Shown here piece by piece: positions 38,101-51,775 of a DNA stretch of 64,000 bases. How positions within the stretch are numbered: position 1 is the first letter of the stretch; each line of letters starts with the position of its first letter. The position numbers and the translations under genes were made by a program. Source of the stretch: Tubulanus polymorphus (lineage: Eukaryota > Animalia > Nemertea); contig NC_134035.1 in assembly GCF_964204645.1 (NCBI RefSeq), forward strand, positions 12,308,451-12,372,450, written 5' to 3'. Below the pieces are notes generated by a model that worked only from the letters and a program-made list of their open reading frames with translations, was not told the origin of the DNA and ran no database searches.

Positions 38101-41100
38101 ATCAACCTCTACCACAGAACCAACATCCAGACTCCACAGATGAATTACCACAGAACCAACATCAAACTCTATCACAGAACCAATGTCCAGACTCCACAGA
38201 TGAATTACCACAGAACCAACATCAAACTCTATCACAGAACCAATGTCCAGACTCCACAGACGAATTACCACAGAACCAACATCAAACTCTATCACAGAAC
38301 CAACATCCAAACTCCACAGATGAATTACCACAGAACCAATATCAAACTACCACACCAGACTCCAAGGTATTTATGATCTAGGTGATGCAGCTTCCAGACT
38401 TAAAGAATCAAGACCATAGAACCACCATCCAGACTTCGCAGATGAATTGCCATAGAACCAGCATTCAGACTTCCCAGATGAATAACCACAGAACCAACAT
38501 CAAACTCTACCACACCAGCAGAATCCAAGGTACTTATCATGTTTTAGGTGATGCAGCTTCAAGACCTGACAGATGAATTACCACAGGACCAACATCAACC
38601 TCTACCACAGAACCAACATCCAGACTCCACAGATGAATTACCACAGAACCAACATCAAACTCTATCACAGAACCAATGTCCAGACTCCACAGATGAATTA
38701 CCACAGAACCAACATCAAACTCTATCACAGAACCAATGTCCAGACTCCACAGACGAATTACCACAGAACCAACATCAAACTCTACCACACCAGCAGAATC
38801 CAAGGTATTTATCATGTTTTAGGTGATGCAGCTTCAAGACCTGACAGATGAATTACCACAGAACCACCATCCAGACTCCACAGACGAATTACCACAGAAC
38901 CAACATTAAACTATCACAGAACCAACATCCAAACTCCACAGATGAATTACCACAGAACCAACATCAAACTACCACACCAGACTCCAAGGTATTTATGATC
39001 TAGGTGATGCAGCTTCCAGACTTAAAGAATCAAGACCACAGAACCACCATCCAGACTTCGCAGATGAATTACCATAGAACCAGCATTCAGACTTCCCAGA
39101 TGAATAACCACAGGACCAACATTCAGATTCAACAGATGAATAACCACAGAGCCACCATCAAACTACCACACCAGACTCCAAGGTATTTATGATCTAGGTG
39201 ATGCAGCTTCCAGACTTAAAGAATCAAGACCACAGAACCACCATCCAGACTTCGCAGATGAATTTCCACAGAACCAACATTCAGATTCAACAGATGAATA
39301 ACCACAGAACCAACATCAAACTCTACCACACCAGCAGAATCCAAGGTATTTATCATGTTTTAGGTGATGCAGCTTCAAGACCTGACAGATGAATTACCAC
39401 AGGACCAACATCAACCTCTACCACAGAACCAACATCCAGACTTCACAGATGAATTACCACAGAACCAACATCAAACTCTATCACAGAACCAACATCCAAA
39501 CTCCACAGATGAATTACCACAGAACCAACATCAAACTACCACACCAGACTCCAAGGTATTTATGATCTAGGTGATGCAGCTTCCAGACTTAAAGAATCAA
39601 GACCACAGAACCACCATCCAGACTTCGCAGATGAATTACCACAGAACCAACATTCAGATTCAACAGATGAATAACCACAGAACCAACATCCAAACTCCAC
39701 AGATGAATTACCACAGAACCACCATCAAACTACCACACCAGACTCCAAGGTATTTATGATCTAGGTGATGCAGCTTCCAGACTTAAAGAATCAAGACCAT
39801 AGAACCACCATCCAGACTTCGCAGATGAATTACCATAGAACCAGCATTCAGACTTCCCATATGAATAACCACAGAACCAACATCAAACTCTACCACACCA
39901 GCAGAATCCAAGGTATTTATCATGTTTTAGGTGATGCAGCTTCAAGACCTGACAGATGAATTACCACAGGACCAACATCAACCTCTACCACAGAACCAAC
40001 ATCCAGACTCCACAGATGAATTACCACAGAACCAACATCAAACTCTATCACAGAACCAATGTCCAGACTCCACAGATGAATTACCCCAGAACCAACATCA
40101 AACTCTATCACAGAACCAACATCCAAACTCCACAGATGAATTACCACAGAACCAACATCAAACTACCATACCAGACTCCAAGGTATTTATGATCTAGGTG
40201 ATGCAGCTTCCAGACTTAAAGAATCAAGACCACAGAACCACCATCCAGACTTCGCAGATGAATTACCACAGAACCAACATTCAGATTCAACAGATGAATA
40301 ACCACAGAACCAACATCAAACTCTACCACACCAGCAGAATCCAAGGTATTTATCATGTTTTAGGTGATGCAGCTTCAAGACCTGACAGATGAATTACCAC
40401 AGAACCACCATCCAGACTCCACAGACGAATTACCACAGAACCAACATTAAACTATCACAGAACCAACATCCAAACTCCACAGATGAATTACCACAGAACC
40501 AACATCAAACTACCACACCAGACTCCAAGGTATTTATGATCTAGGTGATGCAGCTTCCAGACTTAAAGAATCAAGACCACAGAACCCCATCCAGACTTCG
40601 CAGATGAATTACCACGGAACCAACATTCAGATTCAACAGATGAATTACCACAGAAGCAACATCAAACTACCACACCAGACTCCAAGGTATTTATGATCTA
40701 GGTGATGCAGCTTCCAGACTTAAAGAATCAAGACCACAGAACCACCATCCAGACTTCGCAGATTAATTACCACAGAACCAACATTCAGATTCAACAGATG
40801 AATAACCACAGAACCAACATCAAACTCTACCACACCAGCAGAATCCAAGGTATTTATCATGTTTTAGGTGATGCAGCTTCAAGACCTGACAGATGAATTA
40901 CCACAGGACCAACATCAACCTCTACCACAGAACCAACATCCAGACTTCACAGATGAATTACCACAGAACCAACATCAAACTCTATCACAGAACTAACATC
41001 CAAACTCCACAGATGAATTACCACAGAACCAACATCAAACTACCACATCAGACTCCAAGGTATTTATGATCTAGGTGATGCAGCTTCCAGACTTAAAGAA

Positions 41101-44100
41101 TCAAGACCACAGAACCACTATCCAGACTTTCGCAGATGAATTACCACAGAACCAACATTCAGATTCAACAGATGAATAACCACAGAACCAACATCCAAAC
41201 TCCACAGATGAATTACCACAGAACCACCATCAAACTACCACACCAGACTCCAAGGTATTTATGATCTAGGTGATGCAGCTTCCAGACTTAAAGAATCAAG
41301 ACCATAGAACCACCATCCAGACTTCGCAGATGAATTACCATAGAACCAGCATTCAGATTCAACAGATGAATAACCACAGAACCAACATCAAACTCTACCA
41401 CACCAGCAGAATCCAAGGTATTTATCATGTTTTAGGTGATGCAGCTTCAAGACCTGACAGATGAATTACCACAGGACCAACATCAACCTCTACCACAGAA
41501 CCAACATCCAGACTCCACAGATGAATTGCCACAGAACCAACATCAAACTCTATCACAGAACCAACATCCAAACTCCACAGATGAATTACCACAGAACCAA
41601 CATCAAACTACCATACCAGACTCCAAGGTATTTATGATCTAGGTGATGCAGCTTCCAGACTTAAAGAATCAAGACTACAGAACCACCATCCAGACTTCGC
41701 AGATGAATTACCACAAAACCAACATTCAGATTCAACAGATGAATAACCACAGAGCCAACATCAAACTCTACCACACCAGCAGAATCCAAGGTATTTATCA
41801 TGTTTTAGGTGATGCAGCTTCAAGACCTGACAGATGAATTACCACAGAACCACCATCCAGACTCCACAGACGAATTACCACAGAACCAACATTAAACTAT
41901 CACAGAACCAACATCCAAACTCCACAGATGAATTACCACAGAACCAACATCAAACTACCACACCAGACTCCAAGGTATTTATGATCTAGGTGATGCAGCT
42001 TCCAGACTTAAAGAATCAAGACCACAGAACCACCATCCAGACTTCGCAGATGAATTACCACGGAACCAACATTCAGATTCAACAGATGAATTACCACAGA
42101 ACCAACATCAAACTACCACACCAGACTCCAAGGTATTTATGATCTAGGTGATGCAGCTTCCAGACTTAAAGAATCAAGACCACAGAACCACCATCCAGAC
42201 TTCGCAGATGAATTACCACAGAACCAACATTCAGATTCAACAGATGAATAACCACAGAACCAACATCAAACTCCACCACACCAGCAGAATCCAAGGTATT
42301 TATCATGTTTTAGGTGATGCAGCTTCAAGACCTGACAGATGAATTACCTCAGGACCAACATCAACCTCTACCACAGAACCAACATCCAGACTTCACAGAT
42401 GAATTACCACAGAACCAACATCAAACTCTATCACAGAACCAACATCCAAACTCCACAGATGAATTACCACAGAACCAACATCAAACTACCACACCAGACT
42501 CCAAGGTATTTATGATCTAGGTGATGCAGCTTCCAGACTTAAAGAATCAAGACCACAGAACCACCATCCAGACTTCGCAGATGAATTACCACAGAACCAA
42601 CATTCAGATTCAACAGATGAATAACCACAGAACCAACATCAAACTCTACCACACCAGCAGAATCCAAGGTATTTATCATGTTTTAGGTGATGCAGCTTCA
42701 AGACCTGACAGATGAATTACCACAGAACCACCATCCAGACTCCACAGACGAATTACCACAGAACCAACATTAAACTATCACAGAACCAACATCCAAACTC
42801 CACAGATGAATTACCACAGAACCAACATCAAACTACCACACCAGACTCCAAGGTATTTATGATCTAGGTGATGCAGCTTCCAGACTTAAAGAATCAAGAC
42901 CACAGAACCACCATCCAGACTTCGCAGATGAATTACCACGGAACCAACATTCAGATTCAACAGATGAATTACCACAGAACCAACATCAAACTACCACACC
43001 AGACTCCAAGGTATTTATGATCTAGGTGATGCAGCTTCCAGACTTAAAGAATCAAGACCACAGAACCACCATCCAGACTTCGCAGATGAATTACCACAGA
43101 ACCAACATTCAGATTCAACAGATGAATAACCACAGAACCAACATCAAACTCCACCACACCAGCAGAATCCAAGGTATTTATCATGTTTTAGGTGATGCAG
43201 CTTCAAGACCTGACAGATGAATTACCTCAGGACCAACATCAACCTCTACCACAGAACCAACATCCAGACTTCACAGATGAATTACCACAGAACCAACATC
43301 AAACTCTATCACAGAACCAACATCCAAACTCCACAGATGAATTACCACAGAACCAACATCAAACTACCACACCAGACTCCAAGGTATTTATGATCTAGGT
43401 GATGCAGCTTCCAGACTTAAAGAATCAAGACCACAGAACCACTATCCAGACTTCGCAGATGAATTACCACAGAACCAACATTCAGATTCAACAGATGAAT
43501 AACCACAGAACCAACATCCAAACTCCACAGATGAATTACCACAGAACCACCATCAAACTACCACACCAGACTCCAAGGTATTTATGATCTAGGTGATGCA
43601 GCTTCCAGACTTAAAGAATCAAGACCATAGAACCACCATCCAGACTTCGCAGATGAATTACCACAAAACCAACATCAAACTCTACCACACCAGCAGAATC
43701 CAAGGTATTTATCATGTTTTAAGTGATGCAGCTTCAAGACCTGACAGATGAATTACCACAGAACCACCATCCAGACTCCACAGACGAATTACCACAGAAC
43801 CAACATCAAACTCTATCACAGAACCAACATCCAAACTCCACAGATGAATTACCACAGAACCACCATCAAACTACCACACCAGACTCCAAGGTATTTATGA
43901 TCTAGGTGATGCAGCTTCCAGACTTAAAGAATCAAGACCACAGAACCACCATCCAGACATCGCAGATGAATTACCATAGAACCAGCATTCAGATTCAACA
44001 GATGAATAACCACAGAACCAACATCAAACTCTACCACACCAGCAGAATCCAAGGTACTTATCATGTTTTAGGTGATGCAGCTTCAAGACCTGACAGATGA

Positions 44101-47100
44101 ATTACCACAGGACCAACATCAACCTCTACCACAGAACCAACATCCAGACTCCACAGATGAATTACCACAGAACCAACATCAAACTCTATCACACCAGCAG
44201 AATCCAAGGTATTTATCATGTTTTAGGTGATGCAGCTTCAAGACCTGACAGATGAATTACCACGGGACCAACATCAACCTCTCCCACAGAACCATCATCC
44301 AGACTCCACAGATGAATTACCACAGAACCAACATCAAACTACCACACCAGACTCCAAGGTATTTATGATTTAGGTGATGCAGCTTCCAGACTTAAAGAAT
44401 CAAGACCATAGAACCACCATCCAGACTTCGCAGATGAATTACCATAGAACCAGCATTCAGACTTCCCAGATGAATAACCACAGAACCAACATCCAGACCC
44501 CACAGATGAATTACCACAGAACCAACATCAAACTCTATTACAGAACCAATGTCCAGACTCCACAGATGAATTACCACAGAACCAACATCAAACTCTATCA
44601 CAGAACCAACATCCAAACTCCACAGATGAATTACCACAGAACCAACATCAAACTACCATACCAGACTCCAAGGTACTTATGATCTAGGTGATGCAGCTTC
44701 CAGACTTAAAGAATCAAGACCACAGAACCACCATCCAGACTTCGCAGATGAATTACCACAGAACCAACATTCAGATTCAACAGATGAATAACCACAGAAC
44801 CAACATCAAACTCTACCACACCAGCAGAATCCAAGGTATTTATCATGTTTTAGGTGATGCAGCTTCAAGACCTGACAGATGAATTACCACAGAACCACCA
44901 TCCAGACTCCACAGACGAATTACCACAAAACCAACATTAAACTATCACAGAACCAACATCCAAACTCCACAGATGAATTACCACAGAACCAACATCAAAC
45001 TACCACACCAGACTCCAAGGTATTTATGATCTAGGTGATGCAGCCTCCAAACTTAAAGAATCAAGACCACAGAACCACCATCCAGACTTCGCAGATGAAT
45101 TACCACGGAACCAACATTCAGATTCAAAAGATGAATTACCACAGAACCAACATCAACCTCTACCACACCAGCAGAATCCAAGGTATTTATCATGTTTTAG
45201 GTGATGCAGCTTCAAGACCTGACAGATGAATTACCACAGGACCAACATCAACCTCTACCACAGAACCAACATCCAGACTTCACAGATGAATTACCACAGA
45301 ACCAACATCAAACTCTATCACAGAACCAACATCCAAACTCCACAGATGAATTACCACAGAACCAACATCAAACTACCACACCAGACTCCAAGGTATTTAT
45401 GATCTAGGTGATGCAGCTTCCAGACTTAAAGAATCAAGACCACAGAACCACCATCCAGACTTCGCAGATGAATTACCACAGAACCAACATTCAGATTCAA
45501 CAGATGAATAACCACAGAACCAACATCAAACTCTACCACACCAGCAGAATCCAAGGTATTTATCATGTTTTAGGTGATGCAGCTTCAAGACCTGACAGAT
45601 GAATTACCACAGGACCAACATCAACCTCTACCACAGAACCAACATCCAGATTTCACAGAGGAATTACCACAGAACCAACATCAAACTCTATCACAGAACC
45701 AACATCCAAACTCCAAAGATGAATTACCACAGAACCAACATCAAACTACCACACCAGACTCCAAGGTATTTATGATCTAGGTGATGCAGCTTCCAGACTT
45801 AAAGAATCAAGACCACAGAACCACTATCCAGACTTCGCAGATGAATTACCACAGAACCAACATTCAGATTCAACAGATGAATAACCACAGAACCAACATC
45901 CAAACTCCACAGATGAATTACCACAGAACCACCATCAAACTACCACACCAGACTCCAAGGTATTTATGATCTAGGTGATGCAGCTTCCAGACTTAAAGAA
46001 TCAAGACCATAGAACCACCATCCAGACTTCGCAGATGAATTGCCATAGAACCAGCATTCAGACTTCCCAGATGAATAACCACAGAACCAACATCAAACTC
46101 TACCACACCAGCAGAATCCAAGGTACTTATCATGTTTTAGGTGATGCAGCTTCAAGACCTGACAGATGAATTACCACAGGACCAACATCAACCTCTACCA
46201 CAGAACCAACATCCAGACTCCACAGATGAATTACCACAGAACCAACATCAAACTCTATCACAGAACCAATGTCCAGACTCCACAGATGAATTACCACAGA
46301 ACCAACATCAAACTCTATCACAGAACCAACATCCAAACTCCAAAGATGAATTACCACAGAACCAACATCAAACTACCACACCAGACTCCAAGGTATTTAT
46401 GATCTAGGTGATGCAGCTTCCAGACTTAAAGAATCAAGACCACAGAACCACTATCCAGACTTCGCAGATGAATTACCACAGAACCAACATTCAGATTCAA
46501 CAGATGAATAACCACAGAACCAACATCCAAACTCCACAGATGAATTACCACAGAACCACCATCAAACTACCACACCAGACTCCAAGGTATTTATGATCTA
46601 GGTGATGCAGCTTCCAGACTTAAAGAATCAAGACCATAGAACCACCATCCAGACTTCGCAGATGAATTGCCATAGAACCAGCATTCAGACTTCCCAGATG
46701 AATAACCACAGAACCAACATCAAACTCTACCACACCAGCAGAATCCAAGGTACTTATCATGTTTTAGGTGATGCAGCTTCAAGACCTGACAGATGAATTA
46801 CCACAGGACCAACATCAACCTCTACCACAGAACCAACATCCAGACTCCACAGATGAATTACCACAGAACCAACATCAAACTCTATCACAGAACCAATGTC
46901 CAGACTCCACAGATGAATTACCACAGAACCAACATCAAACTCTATCACAGAACCAATGTCCAGACTCCACAGACGAATTACCACAGAACCAACATCAAAC
47001 TCTATCACAGAACCAACATCCAAACTCCACAGATGAATTACCACAGAACCAATATCAAACTACCACACCAGACTCCAAGGTATTTATGATCTAGGTGATG

Positions 47101-50100
47101 CAGCTTCCAGACTTAAAGAATCAAGACCATAGAACCACCATCCAGACTTCGCAGATGAATTGCCATAGAACCAGCATTCAGACTTCCCAGATGAATAACC
47201 ACAGAACCAACATCAAACTCTACCACACCAGCAGAATCCAAGGTACTTATCATGTTTTAGGTGATGCAGCTTCAAGACCTGACAGATGAATTACCACAGG
47301 ACCAACATCAACCTCTACCACAGAACCAACATCCAGACTCCACAGATGAATTACCACAGAACCAACATCAAACTCTATCACAGAACCAATGTCCAGACTC
47401 CACAGATGAATTACCACAGAACCAACATCAAACTCTATCACAGAACCAATGTCCAGACTCCACAGACGAATTACCACAGAACCAACATCAAACTCTACCA
47501 CACCAGCAGAATCCAAGGTATTTATCATGTTTTAGGTGATGCAGCTTCAAGACCTGACAGATGAATTACCACAGAACCACCATCCAGACTCCACAGACGA
47601 ATTACCACAGAACCAACATTAAACTATCACAGAACCAACATCCAAACTCCACAGATGAATTACCACAGAACCAACATCAAACTACCACACCAGACTCCAA
47701 GGTATTTATGATCTAGGTGATGCAGCTTCCAGACTTAAAGAATCAAGACCACAGAACCACCATCCAGACTTCGCAGATGAATTACCATAGAACCAGCATT
47801 CAGACTTCCCAGATGAATAACCACAGGACCAACATTCAGATTCAACAGATGAATAACCACAGAGCCACCATCAAACTACCACACCAGACTCCAAGGTATT
47901 TATGATCTAGGTGATGCAGCTTCCAGACTTAAAGAATCAAGACCACAGAACCACCATCCAGACTTCGCAGATGAATTTCCACAGAACCAACATTCAGATT
48001 CAACAGATGAATAACCACAGAACCAACATCAAACTCTACCACACCAGCAGAATCCAAGGTATTTATCATGTTTTAGGTGATGCAGCTTCAAGACCTGACA
48101 GATGAATTACCACAGGACCAACATCAACCTCTACCACAGAACCAACATCCAGACTTCACAGATGAATTACCACAGAACCAACATCAAACTCTATCACAGA
48201 ACCAACATCCAAACTCCACAGATGAATTACCACAGAACCAACATCAAACTACCACACCAGACTCCAAGGTATTTATGATCTAGGTGATGCAGCTTCCAGA
48301 CTTAAAGAATCAAGACCACAGAACCACCATCCAGACTTCGCAGATGAATTACCACAGAACCAACATTCAGATTCAACAGATGAATAACCACAGAACCAAC
48401 ATCCAAACTCCACAGATGAATTACCACAGAACCACCATCAAACTACCACACCAGACTCCAAGGTATTTATGATCTAGGTGATGCAGCTTCCAGACTTAAA
48501 GAATCAAGACCATAGAACCACCATCCAGACTTCGCAGATGAATTACCATAGAACCAGCATTCAGACTTCCCATATGAATAACCACAGAACCAACATCAAA
48601 CTCTACCACACCAGCAGAATCCAAGGTATTTATCATGTTTTAGGTGATGCAGCTTCAAGACCTGACAGATGAATTACCACAGGACCAACATCAACCTCTA
48701 CCACAGAACCAACATCCAGACTCCACAGATGAATTACCACAGAACCAACATCAAACTCTATCACAGAACCAATGTCCAGACTCCACAGATGAATTACCCC
48801 AGAACCAACATCAAACTCTATCACAGAACCAACATCCAAACTCCACAGATGAATTACCACAGAACCAACATCAAACTACCATACCAGACTCCAAGGTATT
48901 TATGATCTAGGTGATGCAGCTTCCAGACTTAAAGAATCAAGACCACAGAACCACCATCCAGACTTCGCAGATGAATTACCACAGAACCAACATTCAGATT
49001 CAACAGATGAATAACCACAGAACCAACATCAAACTCTACCACACCAGCAGAATCCAAGGTATTTATCATGTTTTAGGTGATGCAGCTTCAAGACCTGACA
49101 GATGAATTACCACAGAACCACCATCCAGACTCCACAGACGAATTACCACAGAACCAACATTAAACTATCACAGAACCAACATCCAAACTCCACAGATGAA
49201 TTACCACAGAACCAACATCAAACTACCACACCAGACTCCAAGGTATTTATGATCTAGGTGATGCAGCTTCCAGACTTAAAGAATCAAGACCACAGAACCC
49301 CATCCAGACTTCGCAGATGAATTACCACGGAACCAACATTCAGATTCAACAGATGAATTACCACAGAAGCAACATCAAACTACCACACCAGACTCCAAGG
49401 TATTTATGATCTAGGTGATGCAGCTTCCAGACTTAAAGAATCAAGACCACAGAACCACCATCCAGACTTCGCAGATTAATTACCACAGAACCAACATTCA
49501 GATTCAACAGATGAATAACCACAGAACCAACATCAAACTCTACCACACCAGCAGAATCCAAGGTATTTATCATGTTTTAGGTGATGCAGCTTCAAGACCT
49601 GACAGATGAATTACCACAGGACCAACATCAACCTCTACCACAGAACCAACATCCAGACTTCACAGATGAATTACCACAGAACCAACATCAAACTCTATCA
49701 CAGAACTAACATCCAAACTCCACAGATGAATTACCACAGAACCAACATCAAACTACCACATCAGACTCCAAGGTATTTATGATCTAGGTGATGCAGCTTC
49801 CAGACTTAAAGAATCAAGACCACAGAACCACTATCCAGACTTTCGCAGATGAATTACCACAGAACCAACATTCAGATTCAACAGATGAATAACCACAGAA
49901 CCAACATCCAAACTCCACAGATGAATTACCACAGAACCACCATCAAACTACCACACCAGACTCCAAGGTATTTATGATCTAGGTGATGCAGCTTCCAGAC
50001 TTAAAGAATCAAGACCATAGAACCACCATCCAGACTTCGCAGATGAATTACCATAGAACCAGCATTCAGATTCAACAGATGAATAACCACAGAACCAACA

Positions 50101-51775
50101 TCAAACTCTACCACACCAGCAGAATCCAAGGTATTTATCATGTTTTAGGTGATGCAGCTTCAAGACCTGACAGATGAATTACCACAGGACCAACATCAAC
50201 CTCTACCACAGAACCAACATCCAGACTCCACAGATGAATTGCCACAGAACCAACATCAAACTCTATCACAGAACCAACATCCAAACTCCACAGATGAATT
50301 ACCACAGAACCAACATCAAACTACCATACCAGACTCCAAGGTATTTATGATCTAGGTGATGCAGCTTCCAGACTTAAAGAATCAAGACTACAGAACCACC
50401 ATCCAGACTTCGCAGATGAATTACCACAAAACCAACATTCAGATTCAACAGATGAATAACCACAGAGCCAACATCAAACTCTACCACACCAGCAGAATCC
50501 AAGGTATTTATCATGTTTTAGGTGATGCAGCTTCAAGACCTGACAGATGAATTACCACAGAACCACCATCCAGACTCCACAGACGAATTACCACAGAACC
50601 AACATTAAACTATCACAGAACCAACATCCAAACTCCACAGATGAATTACCACAGAACCAACATCAAACTACCACACCAGACTCCAAGGTATTTATGATCT
50701 AGGTGATGCAGCTTCCAGACTTAAAGAATCAAGACCACAGAACCACCATCCAGACTTCGCAGATGAATTACCACGGAACCAACATTCAGATTCAACAGAT
50801 GAATTACCACAGAACCAACATCAAACTACCACACCAGACTCCAAGGTATTTATGATCTAGGTGATGCAGCTTCCAGACTTAAAGAATCAAGACCACAGAA
50901 CCACCATCCAGACTTCGCAGATGAATTACCACAGAACCAACATTCAGATTCAACAGATGAATAACCACAGAACCAACATCAAACTCCACCACACCAGCAG
51001 AATCCAAGGTATTTATCATGTTTTAGGTGATGCAGCTTCAAGACCTGACAGATGAATTACCTCAGGACCAACATCAACCTCTACCACAGAACCAACATCC
51101 AGACTTCACAGATGAATTACCACAGAACCAACATCAAACTCTATCACAGAACCAACATCCAAACTCCACAGATGAATTACCACAGAACCAACATCAAACT
51201 ACCACACCAGACTCCAAGGTATTTATGATCTAGGTGATGCAGCTTCCAGACTTAAAGAATCAAGACCACAGAACCACTATCCAGACTTCGCAGATGAATT
51301 ACCACAGAACCAACATTCAGATTCAACAGATGAATAACCACAGAACCAACATCCAAACTCCACAGATGAATTACCACAGAACCACCATCAAACTACCACA
51401 CCAGACTCCAAGGTATTTATGATCTAGGTGATGCAGCTTCCAGACTTAAAGAATCAAGACCATAGAACCACCATCCAGACTTCGCAGATGAATTACCACA
51501 AAACCAACATCAAACTCTACCACACCAGCAGAATCCAAGGTATTTATCATGTTTTAAGTGATGCAGCTTCAAGACCTGACAGATGAATTACCACAGAACC
51601 ACCATCCAGACTCCACAGACGAATTACCACAGAACCAACATCAAACTCTATCACAGAACCAACATCCAAACTCCACAGATGAATTACCACAGAACCACCA
51701 TCAAACTACCACACCAGACTCCAAGGTATTTATGATCTAGGTGATGCAGCTTCCAGACTTAAAGAATCAAGACCA
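35104..51775. repeat. Higher-order tandem duplication, 8,713-bp and 7,835-bp copies differing by an 878-bp internal duplication
   Basis: Offset 8713 (35193/43906 through 42314/51027), then 7835 (43399/51234, 43723/51558); offset 878 at 42148/43026 and 42314/43192. Confidence 0.9.
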
